From the IMG/VR virus record IMGVR_UViG_3300035698_008781, positions 14,806-78,805 of that record: a stretch of 64,000 nt of DNA, one strand, 5' to 3'. The position numbers were made by a program, and so were the translations under genes. Below are positions 47,601-59,200 of this stretch, one piece after another. Position 1 is the stretch's first letter; each line of letters opens with the position of its first letter. The stretch comes from a virus. The notes under the pieces are model-generated. The model had not been told where the DNA came from. It worked only from the letters and a program-made list of their open reading frames with translations, and ran no database searches.

Positions 47601-48814
47601 TCTCCTAACTCTTTTTCAGAAGATTTAATTAATTTAACAACTTCTTTTACACTTCCTTTAAATTTAGAATTTTTATCTAATCTTTCAGATTGTATTTCTA
47701 ATACTTCTAATACATTAGTTATTTTATCATTTAATTTTTCTAAATGCTTAATATCAGTTTTTTTCTTACCAATAGAATATTTAGATTCTAAAACTTCAGA
47801 ACCTTTAAATATTTCATCAGAATAATCAACTAATTGTAATAAGTCATTCATTAACTTATCATATTGTTTATTTGGTAAATTAAAAAATTCTTTAAAATAA
47901 TTAATTAATTTATCCCAGAAACCTTGTTTAGCATTTAAAAATTTATTAACTTCTTTATTAAAATCTTTATTACTCATCATACCTGCTACAAACTCTTCAA
48001 AAGAAGACATTTCATGAATAAAACTATTTGTAATAAAACCTTGTGTAGATTGATAAAATTCTTTTAAACTTTCAACTAATTTACGTTCAGCTTCATTTTT
48101 AGGTTGATTAATAATTCTAAGAGTTCTTTCATGATAAACTTCATGTATAAAGTTTCTTAAACCTTGCTCAATAGAATTAACGTCTCCTAAATTTTCTAAA
48201 GCTACTTCAATAGTATTTGTAGTACTATTAAATTGCATGTAAGTATCTTTATTCTTTAAATCATTAGCTTTAACTATTTTAACTTTAGCTTTAGTAGTAA
48301 TCATTAAAGAGTTAATTAAATCAGTCATATATTTATCTGCTGTAAATACATCTGAATTTAAAATATTTAATAATACTTCGGAAGCATTGTCATTAGATAC
48401 ATTACCTTGAAATAAAGCATACTCAATTTCTTTAGAAAAATCTTCTTTACTTTCTTCACCTTCATTATATTCATCTTCAGATTGTTTACCAAAAACTTCA
48501 TTAACTTTATCACTAACTAAATCATTAAAATCTTTTTTAGACTCGTATACACCATTGTTATATACAATACCTTTAAGTTTATCAATCTTTCTAAATAAAG
48601 CTTTATTAGGGTATGCTTTATCATTTTCTTCTAGAAATAATAATCCTTTTGTACCAAATCTTTCAGATGCATCTTTAGACCAAGCTTTATTTTTCTTTCT
48701 AAACTTATTAGTATCTAATATATTTAAATATTTATCTATAATTCCTTTAGTCCTCATGGAAGACTTTGTAGCGGCTTCCGAGGTCTTAAATTTTTTTTTG
48801 TCATCACAATTCAT
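44684..48814 (-). CDS. large virion/ejection protein with zincin-like HExxH motif
   Basis: 1376 aa; FIHEVYHE...EEFVAG; hydrophobic C-terminal segment; adjacent to the RNAP gene. Confidence 0.7.
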   Translation of the reverse strand: MNCDDKKKFKTSEAATKSSMRTKGIIDKYLNILDTNKFRKKNKAWSKDASERFGTKGLLFLEENDKAYPNKALFRKIDKLKGIVYNNGVYESKKDFNDLVSDKVNEVFGKQSEDEYNEGEESKEDFSKEIEYALFQGNVSNDNASEVLLNILNSDVFTADKYMTDLINSLMITTKAKVKIVKANDLKNKDTYMQFNSTTNTIEVALENLGDVNSIEQGLRNFIHEVYHERTLRIINQPKNEAERKLVESLKEFYQSTQGFITNSFIHEMSSFEEFVAGMMSNKDFNKEVNKFLNAKQGFWDKLINYFKEFFNLPNKQYDKLMNDLLQLVDYSDEIFKGSEVLESKYSIGKKKTDIKHLEKLNDKITNVLEVLEIQSERLDKNSKFKGSVKEVVKLIKSSEKELGDISDEHRFKSIDIFNTFMQNQLYSVNARLENPKDFDSKIFNTSKAYVDAFISIQDSIKKALNELKANGSITEEEYNETLKTTRNLGALASKAKGEILDATKKYLEENNSKFLKGYKETELRYKQEFRIEANKKNIPKNEIESYVNKKMSENRDKITEETKEDFKEMLNNPILDISQLSYLMNSEKDFSHPIIQMFSSILDSIKDTYENIIQPKLLGLQSETNDFLKGKRTISSDNVYKNLVEFSEDGVGFLKGEYKIEYYNIAKSLKNARSKAEEEHGVNSIEYRDSLTAYTEFRNKNTKILNIQDALNPVRVPIDKWKTDLYKLTEQERNYLKYIQNLAKESDKQYQIRTKSLKKTILYADFYELPKVRKDTLSTLKLGNLVQTAKEFYKETFTQQSDQTDLGDLTDNNNIYKMYTDLSGKEVKYVPIHFRNKIDQKHQSIDLATLYALEYQNAVKFKVKNTVATDLLMFKEVIQENKFIKVKGIGSRVITSVFSKTDAPVEYSKEDAYLIKMLDTMLNNRLYDKTTEYAGQIFGQDVNKVEGFLRSIVSQASMALNTIGAPANLITGKSQSFLEVLRDPNLRLANVKKAELFFSKNIGGFMDDMGRNVYKSLGNQLLISYGGIITHQMLQNNFEKNKTLAFAGTKPLFFFQESAEHYVQAVHSMTILDSVKILDKDGNYLDKEGNIVATKELSASLLDIATIEDGNLSVTIKKPFYTTLNTITEYDKGGKASVRSYIQSSLQKSQGTYNSDYQAELQRYFYGKSLFHFKKHIISPTLSRWRGLSTNIKNDEDVNLQWNYDLQRPDEGNYVTTVRWMKNHVLPNIKKLQFDLIRKNWNEMDAWEQGNIKKTMSELAIIMTMATLASLFAASAGDDDDMLWYAAAIFRRTQSEAAQYFDINEAWRVLKNPISTLNFLEETSDIVSAIINLVDPLEEDRLEGLAKETIDMSKFIPGSKIFKDAKKAYNYLNKN

Positions 48815-48828
48815 AATTCATATTTTAA

Positions 48829-51800
48829 TTAAAATGGTACACAAGTATCATCATTATCTTCTTCTTTCCAAGAATCATCTTGTTCTCCAAATAAATCCAT
48901 TTGATTTTCAATCTTAGGTTGAGATTTAGATTTTTTAACTACGTCTTCTTTAGGAGTTAAATTTTTAATTTGTAATTTTAAATCTTTAATTCTTTCAGAC
49001 TGTGTTATATCTGCTATATAATTTGTTTTACCTTTTGATAATATCTCAATTATAATATCTCTAATGCCACTTTCAGTGATTGGAGTTTCACTATAATAAT
49101 CTTGCCATAAATCTTCAGCAGCTTTTTCAACACTTACACCATCTTTACTAACTAGAGAAGATGATATGTCTTTACCAGCACCTACTTTTAAACCAGTTTC
49201 TTTCATTGCTGATTTACTATTAATTTTAGGCATTTGATTAACTATGGCATACTCAGGATATGTTTCAATTACTTCATTCATTTGTTCTAAACCTTGAAGC
49301 TCTTGTTGAAGATTAGCTAATTCATTATTTTCATCTTCAACTGTTTCTTCAAAAGTAGGAGTTTCTTTTGAGAAATCCAAATTATTATCAAAGTTTTTTC
49401 CAAAAGATACAGGTGGTAAATATAATTTATTCTCTAAAATTTCATTAGGTTTAATAAACTCTTGAAACTGAATATCAACTTCAGCTTGTTCAGCTTTGGT
49501 TAAATTATTCTTCTTAATATTAGAACGAGTAACTTTATTAAATAAATCAAACTCTTGTAATTGTCCTTTATCAGATTTATAACCTAATTTAAAAGTTTTA
49601 AAATAAACTGGTTCATATTCAATTTTACCATCAACATTTATTGGCATATATGATTCTAATTTATATAAAGAACTTTCATTAGTTAAAAATGGTGGAAATA
49701 GTTTCATTTTATTATCACCTATCATACCTTCATTAGAATACCTTTCAGAATAATAATTTACTTTAAATCCTATTGTACCTTCATCTTTCAGCGAATAAAC
49801 TTCAGAAAAGTTTTTAGCAGATATAGCAGGTACTATTTTAGTATTATTCCAATTATGTCTATAAATATTTTCTTTAATTATTTCAGGATTTATATTACCT
49901 TCATTAATTTCATTAGAAACTTTTGTAATATAATTGTTAAAATTATTTTTAACTAATACTTCATGAGGAATATATTGATAAATTTGATTAGCATTATATC
50001 TAAATCCTGATTGTAAAAACGCATACTTAACTAAATCACTAGATAAATCAGGATAAACCCTATCTAATTCTTTCCAACCATTTATAATTTGATCAGTGAA
50101 ATCATTTGGTTTTCTTTTGATACCATCAATACCTATAAATGAAAAACCTTCATCTTCTGTGATTTCAATGTTTTTTAAAAATACATTATCAGGTAGTTCT
50201 TGTTTAGCACCAATTATCATATCAGTTAAAGTAGTTTTAACAAACTCATTAGATTTAGTAAATAAATATAAGAAATCTTTTGATATTTTGTTATCACCAA
50301 CTTGTACTTGTTCAGAGTCTAATTTAAATAAATCTGAACCTGATATAATTAAACTATAAAAACTTTGTTCTAATAATTTACCTGTATCAACATTATCTAA
50401 ATATTTTTTATTTTTATGAATCTCTGAAACCATATCATTCATTATACCTCTAAAGTAATCAGAAGCTGTTAAAAATATTCTAGGGTTAGCATTTACTAAT
50501 TTAGTAAAGAACTGTTCAGTATTTTTATGATAATGTCCTAAAGAAGTATAACCTTCTGTTAATAAATCTGGATTAAAAAATTTCTTATCAAAGTTATTAA
50601 TTAAACCTTTATTAACTACTTCAGATATTCTATTACTTCCAACTATATATTCTGATAAATTTTTACCCATACCTGATTCACCATATTTAGATGATGATAC
50701 AGATTTAGTAAAATCTTTAGTTATAGGTTTTAAGTTATCATATTCAACTAATGCTAAATATTGATCTAATAAGAATTGAGCTTCATTATTTACACCTAAT
50801 ACATTAGCTTTTAATTCAGCTTCAGTTCTTTCATTAATTCTATTTGATGTCATTACACCATTTAAATTAATATCTCTAACTATAGACTTAGAAGTTATTT
50901 CTTTAATAAAAATAGATCTTTCTTCATCACTTAAATCAAGAAGTTTTATTAATCTATCTAAATATTCTCCCTTTAAATCTTTAATTATTGTAGCACTTGT
51001 ACCTTCAGACATACTTGCAACTATACTTTCTTTTTCTGAAGTTAAATTTACCATTTTAACTAATGCAGGTTGTGCTAAAAATGCTGATACTTTAAAAGGA
51101 CTAACACCTGCTCTTATTAACATAGCACCTGTATTAGTTGTTTGAGTATTCCAGTTACCACGAGTAATATATGGATCTTTTGCAATATCAACAAAACCAT
51201 TCAATAGTGCAGTTAATGTATCTGCAATTTTAAATTTACCTGTTTCATCAAATACACCTTTTTCAGTTTTTTTATCAAATACAGTAACCTTTTTAGTTTT
51301 TACTTTACCATCTTTATCTTTATATTCAACAGTATTAAAATTACCCCAACCTAAATAAAAGTTAAGTTCTTCTTGTGCAAATTGATTAGATATACTATCT
51401 ACTAATTGATTAGCAATTTGACCAATACCAAATTTACCTGCTATAAATTCATATTTCATATCAATTTGATATAAAGAAGAAACAGCTTGATAATCCTTCA
51501 TCTTATTAGATACAGGAAATAACTCTTTAGTAATGTAGTCTTTTATATGAGCATGGTCAATAGGTGTAATTAAGTTATCATAATTATCAGGATGTGTTAA
51601 TATACCATGATACATTTCAAATAACCTATTATTTAATGCACCATTTGTTTGAGATTGTAAATCTTTAGTATTATCAAACTCTTCATAAATTACTTTAAAT
51701 ATTTCAGAACCTATTTCTTTTTTAAGTTTCTTTACTTTAGGGTCTTCTGAATTTTTTATATAATCAACTAATTCATTAGTACTATCTTTTAACAATTGAT

Positions 51801-54800
51801 TAACTATTTCTTTAACTTCATCATAACTTTCAATGTTATTTAACATTTCTTTAAAAGAAGCTACATCAAATTCAACATCATTTTGTTCTAATTCATTAAT
51901 GAAATTTTTAATATTACTAATTGTTTGAGGTAAGTTAGAACCTTTTAAATAATCATTTATATAATTTCTAATATTATTATTATATGTATATAATGGTTTC
52001 ATTGCTGGTAACATTATAAACATTTTATCAATATCAAAATCTGAACCAGTTTTAGTTGTAATACCTGTATATGGTACAATTGTATCAATATATGTATCAG
52101 GTAAAATACCTACAATTTGTAATGCATCATTTGATGACATCGCTTGGTTAGGTATTCTATAACCAATCATTTGTAAGATTTCTTGAGGAAACATTCCACC
52201 TTTACCATCTTTACCAAATAACTTCTCTAAAGAATAATCTCTCCAATTAGGTATATATTGACCTAATATATTACCTGATATAAATACTTGTCCTGGTATA
52301 ACTAATGGTTTACCATTTGCTTGTAATATCTTTCTAGGTTCAGCTAATTGTTGTTTATCTATTAACCATTTAATACCTGTATCTTCTGTTAAGTTTTGAT
52401 CTAAACCAAAATTAGACATTTGAATTAATGAACCACCATTTGTTTTTAATTTAACAGTAGCTTTATTAATCATACTCATAATTGTAGATAAAATCTTATC
52501 TTTAGCTTGAGGTACAACCATTGGTGTTAATTCTTTCTCAACAGCTTTAACTATATTTTCATTAATTTTTTCTTCACGTAATTGATTTGCAATTTCTTTT
52601 GAGAATGCTGACCAATTATTAATTACATTATCAGAACCTATGCTAAATTTCTCAACAATTTTAGCTAACCCTCTAGAAGACATTTCACCTACTACATTAT
52701 GTATTGAGTTATAAACTTCTTCTGATGTATATGTTTTACCATTGAATGTATAAGTACTATTAAATTTAAAATTATCAAATATATTCTTTTGAACTTGTGA
52801 CCCTAAAAGAGTTTGTTTAAAACCTTTATTAGGTAAATCTTGTTGTAATTTCCAAAATCTATTATCTAATTGAATTGAATTTAAACTAAATGACTCATTA
52901 TTAAGTATTTGTTGTGAAACATCTACTTCAGATAATTTAGCACCTACTTTAACACCTGAATTCATTATAGCTTCACTAATGTTTTGTTTTTCCATTTGTT
53001 TAAGTAACCCTTCTAAAGGAGAACCTTTTACTAAAGATGGTAACAATACTGTTTGTGAGTATTTTAAATACGTAGGGTTATTATCTATATTAGAATAAAA
53101 AACACCTTTCAGTGCTTTAGTAGATAATTTTTTAAGTTCTTTACTTGTGAATTCTACATTTTCACCTCTTTGAGATGCTAATATTTTTTCATATATACTT
53201 TGTTCAGTTTTACCAAATTGACCTAATCTTTCCAATAAAAACTTCCATCTTGTAGGGGTAATATATGCTTGTGCATCGGCTTGATTAATTTTATTACCAC
53301 TATAAAACTTTCTACCAACTTCACCCATTTGATCTAAATAAGGAGAAGCTGTTTCAACATCTTGTAATACAGCTATATTCATTATATGGTCATGAGGTGT
53401 TATACCTAATCTTAAACCTTTACCATCAATATATGTTTTAGGTACACGTTTAAAATAATCAACTGTATTTTTATGGTTATTAATTGCACCATTATATAAT
53501 TTAGAAAATTCTATTTGAGCAATAAGAGTATTGACTGTATAATCACTTACAATGTTTCTAAATAAAGTATTAACTTCTGTAGATTTTAAAAAATCATTAG
53601 TTAAACCTGATTCTTTTTGATATAATTTATATAACTCTTTATCAAAAGTATACATTGAACCATCTTCATTAAATAACCTAGCTTCTTTAACTTTTTTACT
53701 ATGTTCGTCAGTAACTTTATTTAATAAAGTATTTATTAAAGTATTAGCTTTATCAGATTGAGTTTTAGTAAATTGAGTAGATATTAAATTAGGAGTAAAA
53801 TCAGAATTATAAAATAACCCAAATAATTCTTTATCTTTAGATTTAATTAAATTTTCAGGAGATAAAGAAGGTGTAATGTTGTTTTTGAACACACCACCTG
53901 CATATATAAATTTAAAACCTTTATTTCTATTTTCTTCAGCATATGCTCTAGTTTCATTAATATTATTTCTAATACTATTTTTATGAGAATGTTCTTTTGT
54001 TTTAAATATTGAATTACCTGAAGTATCTAATATATCAAATGTATAACCATCAGGTGTAACATGTTTATATTGTATCATTTTAGATACATTAACATTACCT
54101 TCGTTGTCCATATTATTAATTATATGATTCATTGCTTCATTAGCAGTATTTAAATCATCTAAAAAATAATTAGTAAATATTTTTAATACATCATCATTAA
54201 AAAATAATACTCCATCATTTTCAATAATGTTTGACTCAACAAATAATGGTACTTCTAACTTTAAACCTGTAGATTTATCTGCAGGAACAGCAGTATTTAG
54301 AATTGTATTACCTGTCTTTTTACCTAAAAGAACCTCATAAAAGTCTCTATTAATAGCATCACGTTTTGAAGTTGTAGAGTTATCAACAGCCTCATTAGCT
54401 TTAGCTTCATCAAAGAAACTATTATTTCTATGTATTTTAATAACTTCTTTATTAATACCTTTATCTCTATTATCTTTAATTAAATTAAGATATACAGAAT
54501 TTGCAGTAAAAGGTAAAGATAATAATCTATCTACATAAGCTGGATCATTGTTCAATAAGTTATTAGCATCATTTAAATGAGAACTTAATGAATATACCCA
54601 CATTGATTTATTACCTGAAAAAAACATGTTTTCAGACAAGTCTGTATCAAAAAAAGCTTGAACATCAACTATTTCTTCAAATATTTTTTGTGAAGTCAAT
54701 TGATTTCTTTCACCTTTAAAAGGATTTAAAAATTTATTACCTTCAAACAATAAAGCTGTACCCCAATTAGTAGTCTTTTCAACATCAGTTACATCTGCAA

Positions 54801-56292
54801 CCATTGCTTTATTAAAGAAGTTAAAACCATCATAAAATGTTTTAAGCTTATCTAATAATAATTTAGGACTTATTTCTGTAGCTTCAGAGTTATTTAATAC
54901 ATAATAATAAAAATCTTGCTCAGTCATATTGAAACCTAATGAAGTTATTAAGTCTTTAAATTCAAAAAATAAATCTCTAGTTAATTCATTAACTGCATTA
55001 TTAGTTTCAATATTAGACGGATCTAAATTTTGTTTTTTACTTAAACTAAGTAATTTAAAATATGAACCTTTATCTTCTTTTGAATTTTTAAAAATATTCA
55101 TATAAGGTTTTAACACCTTTTTATTATATGATTTAAAATCAAAAACTCTTTTTTGAGTTTCAGTATTAAAAGTTGTATATTCTTTTTTAAAGTTTAAACC
55201 TGCTTCAGTTAATAGTTTAGATTTCTTAGAAGAAGATTCAGCAGCATTAACTAATTTATAACTATTAGTATCTTTATTATAAGATACTGTGTCTTGTATA
55301 TATTTACTATTATTAAAGAAAGCTTGTACAAATTGTGTTTGTAAATTACTATTAGAAGTATCTAATGCTTTAATTAATGAATTAATATAAGGTTTATCTT
55401 TAGCTAATTCAACTAATTTTTCTTTAATTACTGTATAAGGATCACTTGGGTTATTATTTTCATCTACTGATTTAACAATATTTACTAATTGAGCTTGTAT
55501 ATCATTCCACACTTTACTGAAAGGTAATAACTTATAACCTATAAAGAAGTCTGAATCAACATTAGTATCTTCTAATAAAGACATCATTAATTTAATAGAA
55601 GATGTAGCATTATCTTTTGAATTCTTTTCAATAGAACCTTTACCTAAAATAGCACCAGTATCTTCTAATCCTTCTTGGTAAGAAGCATCATCATTATCTG
55701 CTATTTCATTATAAGATAAGTTTATATTCTTTAAAAAGTCTTGAACTTCTAAAGTAAAATCATCTTTAAATTTTAATAATATTTCAAAATGCTCTGCAGC
55801 TTCAGGAGCTTCTTTAATTTGTTCATTAAAAAAGTTTTCAACTTCTTTAGTTAAATTAAAACTAACATCAGATAAATCTGTAATATCATCTTCTGTATTT
55901 TTATATTTATCAAAAATATATTTAACAATCATTGATGAAGCTTCTTTCTTTAATTCATTAATTCTTACATACATTTCAGGATATAATTCTAATCCTTCAA
56001 AACGTTGATTGTTAATAAAGTATTTTTCATTATTTATATCATATACATAAAAATTTTCCCCATCCTTATAAAGTTTAGGTGCACCTTCTGAATCAAAACG
56101 TACGTCATCATTATATATTTGACTTGTCCAATCTCCAACAATATCTTGAAATACATCTGAGAAAAATAGAGACACTTTAGAATCTAAAAAGTCAGATGAC
56201 TCCTGAGAATCATCTAACTTATAATATTCTTTTAGTTTTTGTGCGAAAAATAATTCATTCCCTGTATGTGGGTTTGTATATTTACATGCCAT
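48829..56292 (-). CDS. crAss-like virion RNA polymerase (double-psi beta-barrel)
   Basis: 2487 aa; GYRIPNQ, catalytic GSDFDIDKM (52021-52047), NGFVDIAKDP. Confidence 0.88.
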   Translation of the reverse strand: MACKYTNPHTGNELFFAQKLKEYYKLDDSQESSDFLDSKVSLFFSDVFQDIVGDWTSQIYNDDVRFDSEGAPKLYKDGENFYVYDINNEKYFINNQRFEGLELYPEMYVRINELKKEASSMIVKYIFDKYKNTEDDITDLSDVSFNLTKEVENFFNEQIKEAPEAAEHFEILLKFKDDFTLEVQDFLKNINLSYNEIADNDDASYQEGLEDTGAILGKGSIEKNSKDNATSSIKLMMSLLEDTNVDSDFFIGYKLLPFSKVWNDIQAQLVNIVKSVDENNNPSDPYTVIKEKLVELAKDKPYINSLIKALDTSNSNLQTQFVQAFFNNSKYIQDTVSYNKDTNSYKLVNAAESSSKKSKLLTEAGLNFKKEYTTFNTETQKRVFDFKSYNKKVLKPYMNIFKNSKEDKGSYFKLLSLSKKQNLDPSNIETNNAVNELTRDLFFEFKDLITSLGFNMTEQDFYYYVLNNSEATEISPKLLLDKLKTFYDGFNFFNKAMVADVTDVEKTTNWGTALLFEGNKFLNPFKGERNQLTSQKIFEEIVDVQAFFDTDLSENMFFSGNKSMWVYSLSSHLNDANNLLNNDPAYVDRLLSLPFTANSVYLNLIKDNRDKGINKEVIKIHRNNSFFDEAKANEAVDNSTTSKRDAINRDFYEVLLGKKTGNTILNTAVPADKSTGLKLEVPLFVESNIIENDGVLFFNDDVLKIFTNYFLDDLNTANEAMNHIINNMDNEGNVNVSKMIQYKHVTPDGYTFDILDTSGNSIFKTKEHSHKNSIRNNINETRAYAEENRNKGFKFIYAGGVFKNNITPSLSPENLIKSKDKELFGLFYNSDFTPNLISTQFTKTQSDKANTLINTLLNKVTDEHSKKVKEARLFNEDGSMYTFDKELYKLYQKESGLTNDFLKSTEVNTLFRNIVSDYTVNTLIAQIEFSKLYNGAINNHKNTVDYFKRVPKTYIDGKGLRLGITPHDHIMNIAVLQDVETASPYLDQMGEVGRKFYSGNKINQADAQAYITPTRWKFLLERLGQFGKTEQSIYEKILASQRGENVEFTSKELKKLSTKALKGVFYSNIDNNPTYLKYSQTVLLPSLVKGSPLEGLLKQMEKQNISEAIMNSGVKVGAKLSEVDVSQQILNNESFSLNSIQLDNRFWKLQQDLPNKGFKQTLLGSQVQKNIFDNFKFNSTYTFNGKTYTSEEVYNSIHNVVGEMSSRGLAKIVEKFSIGSDNVINNWSAFSKEIANQLREEKINENIVKAVEKELTPMVVPQAKDKILSTIMSMINKATVKLKTNGGSLIQMSNFGLDQNLTEDTGIKWLIDKQQLAEPRKILQANGKPLVIPGQVFISGNILGQYIPNWRDYSLEKLFGKDGKGGMFPQEILQMIGYRIPNQAMSSNDALQIVGILPDTYIDTIVPYTGITTKTGSDFDIDKMFIMLPAMKPLYTYNNNIRNYINDYLKGSNLPQTISNIKNFINELEQNDVEFDVASFKEMLNNIESYDEVKEIVNQLLKDSTNELVDYIKNSEDPKVKKLKKEIGSEIFKVIYEEFDNTKDLQSQTNGALNNRLFEMYHGILTHPDNYDNLITPIDHAHIKDYITKELFPVSNKMKDYQAVSSLYQIDMKYEFIAGKFGIGQIANQLVDSISNQFAQEELNFYLGWGNFNTVEYKDKDGKVKTKKVTVFDKKTEKGVFDETGKFKIADTLTALLNGFVDIAKDPYITRGNWNTQTTNTGAMLIRAGVSPFKVSAFLAQPALVKMVNLTSEKESIVASMSEGTSATIIKDLKGEYLDRLIKLLDLSDEERSIFIKEITSKSIVRDINLNGVMTSNRINERTEAELKANVLGVNNEAQFLLDQYLALVEYDNLKPITKDFTKSVSSSKYGESGMGKNLSEYIVGSNRISEVVNKGLINNFDKKFFNPDLLTEGYTSLGHYHKNTEQFFTKLVNANPRIFLTASDYFRGIMNDMVSEIHKNKKYLDNVDTGKLLEQSFYSLIISGSDLFKLDSEQVQVGDNKISKDFLYLFTKSNEFVKTTLTDMIIGAKQELPDNVFLKNIEITEDEGFSFIGIDGIKRKPNDFTDQIINGWKELDRVYPDLSSDLVKYAFLQSGFRYNANQIYQYIPHEVLVKNNFNNYITKVSNEINEGNINPEIIKENIYRHNWNNTKIVPAISAKNFSEVYSLKDEGTIGFKVNYYSERYSNEGMIGDNKMKLFPPFLTNESSLYKLESYMPINVDGKIEYEPVYFKTFKLGYKSDKGQLQEFDLFNKVTRSNIKKNNLTKAEQAEVDIQFQEFIKPNEILENKLYLPPVSFGKNFDNNLDFSKETPTFEETVEDENNELANLQQELQGLEQMNEVIETYPEYAIVNQMPKINSKSAMKETGLKVGAGKDISSSLVSKDGVSVEKAAEDLWQDYYSETPITESGIRDIIIEILSKGKTNYIADITQSERIKDLKLQIKNLTPKEDVVKKSKSQPKIENQMDLFGEQDDSWKEEDNDDTCVPF

Positions 56293-56295
56293 AAT

Positions 56296-59200
56296 TTAAC
56301 ATTTTTTATTTGGATTATTTTGTAAACCACCTGGTTTAGGTTTGTTATTTGCTAAATTGAATTTTAAACCTGGTTTTTTAGTAGGTTGTAAAGATAATGG
56401 ATTATTTTGAGAATTCAAAGCATTATCTTGTTTATTTTCTAATACTTTTTTATTATTATTTTTCTTTTCAGTACCCATATCTTTAGTACTTAAATAAACA
56501 TTAATATCACCTTTAAAAGGTACTTTAGTATCTATATTAACACTTAATACTTTTTCATTAACTAAGTATTCTTTATAAGCTTTCTTATTAATATTTTTAT
56601 TTTCACCTGCTAAAAACTTTAATTTAACATTTTGACGTTTCTGTTGTGTTAAAAAATCAATTAATGATTGTTTATATTCAGGAACTTCTTTAGCAAAGTT
56701 AACATAAGCATCTTCACCAAATGATATACTAGCACCTCTAAATTGAGTTGTATAAGGTTTAGTTGAACCATCTAATGCTAAGTTATCATGAATTAATAAA
56801 GTCATTAAATCACCTATCATTATGTTGTTTTTATTATTAAATAATGCTAATTCTTTAGCTAAAGATTTTTCAATTTCAGCTTTTAAAGAAGGATCGTGTT
56901 TATATAATATTTCTAATGTAGCTGATTTTTGATTAATTTTAAAATCATTATTTTGATTATAATCAAATATTGACTTATATACTTTATAAATTAATTCAGC
57001 TTGTTCAACATTAAGTTTTCTAATATTAAGCTTTATAGGTGCTACAGAATTATTATATGAAGTTAGTTGAGTATAAACATAACCTTTTTGTTTGTCAGTA
57101 AGGGTGGAATTAAACTCATCTGATAATTCATTGTTTTCATTAACAACTGTTCCAGCTTCATCCATTACAAAGAATAATGGTATTTTACTTACATCTCCAT
57201 TGAACTGTTCAAATTCTGATATGTTACTTTCTAATAGTTTAATAACTTCATTACCATCTTTATCAAGTTCTTTAGTTGTAGGTGCATAATTAATTTGACC
57301 ACCTTTTTGATATTGTATAAAACTGTATACACCATCATATGAACCATTTTTAATTATTTCTTCAATTAAGTTTTCTCTTGATATATATTCAGGATGATTT
57401 TCATCTACATCAATTAATGTAGGTATGAAAGAATAAGTAAATTCATTTACATTAAATTGTAATGGTAAGTTTCTAACTAAAAAATCTTTATTAGTAAAGT
57501 TACCATTATTAAACATATCTAAAGCTTGTTTAGATTTAGCACTAACATTTTGTGGAATACTAAAAGTTATTTTAGTTTTAGATTTATTTTTAAAACTTAT
57601 TAACCAATTATAGAATGCTTCAGGAACATATGATGGTCTATTACCATCTCTATAAACACCTAATGTTCTAATAGAAGGTTTACTTTCACTTCTACCTAAT
57701 TTATCATCTTTATCACTTACAACATTGTTTGCTTCATCTTGATTAGAAATAACTTCTTCAGTAGATTCAAACTCAACAGTTGTATTAATATTTGTGTCAG
57801 GTTTTTTAACTTTTAATATATTATCCTCAACATATTTAATCATTGCATCTAAAGAATCAAAAGTCTTATTTAAAGAATTATCAGAAGTTGTTATAAAAAA
57901 CTCTCCAAAAAATTCTGCAAAATCATATATTATATCATTTAATATAAAATTTTCTAAATTTCTAACAGCTTCCATTTTTTCATTAACTTCTTCAACAGCT
58001 TCTTGAACTATTTTAGCATTTTGACTAGATATAACAGATTCTTGTTTAGTAACTATTTCAGCTTTTTTATCTTCAGCTCTTTTCTTAATAACTTCTGCAG
58101 TTTCAGCATCTATCATATCAATAGCTTTAGCAGTTTTTTCAGCTTCAGCTATTTCATGTTTATCTTTAAGATCTGAAAATAAATCTTGTATATATCTTAT
58201 TTGACCTTGGTATCTATCTAATTTATCATTTAAATCAGCTAATCTTTTCTCTTCAACAGCTCTTACTTCTTCAACAAGTTCTATATTATCTAAATTATCA
58301 TTAATGTCTTTTTCAAAAGATTCAAGTTGTTCTTTAAGTAAAGGATAAAATTCTAATTTAATTTTATCTAAACTATCTGTTGAGTTAATTAATTCTATTA
58401 ATTCATCAGGTGATAGTTTTTTAAATTCAGTTTCTTTTGAAAATTTTTCTAAAGAGTTTATTGATTTAGTTACAAGTTTTACATATTCATTAATGTAATG
58501 AAATGACTTTTTAATAGAATCTGTTAATAGTTTTATTAACCTTCTGATAGTTGACATTTTCATTTCAATCTTCATAACTTTGTAATCCAATTCTTGAATA
58601 CTAAGTGTTTTAAAATTTTTATCTTTTATTAAACTTTTATAGTAAGCTGATTGTTTCTTTAAGTCTGCTTGAATTTGTTCTAATTGTTCAACTTGTCTTT
58701 TAAGTTCTTTAATTCTATTAGTAATATCTTGTAGAATTTTAAATTCTTCTTTAATATTACTTTTTATAAAATCAATTTTTAATTGACCATTTTTAGGTTC
58801 ATTCTGAGATTCATTTTCTGAAATAGTATTATTAATTCTAGAATTAGTAGCTTCTAATAATTTATTTAAGTAATCTAATGTATCATTTATTACTTGTATA
58901 TCATTACCAACTTTAGTTCCTTCATTTTCAACACTAGTTATTTTATTTTTAATAACATCTTCATTACGAGAACGAATTATAGCATTTTCAGCATCAATTT
59001 TATTTTGTTTAATTTGCTCTTCAGATAAACCTTCTTCTGGGATTATACCTTCTTTTTTACCTTTTAAAGCAACGTCTACATCTTCTACAGTTTCTGCTTT
59101 TTCAACATTATTAATTACTTCTTCAACCTTTTCAACATTTTCTTCAGATTCTTTTTCACGTTTTTTGTTAACATCATCTATATATTGATCAAAAGCTTTT

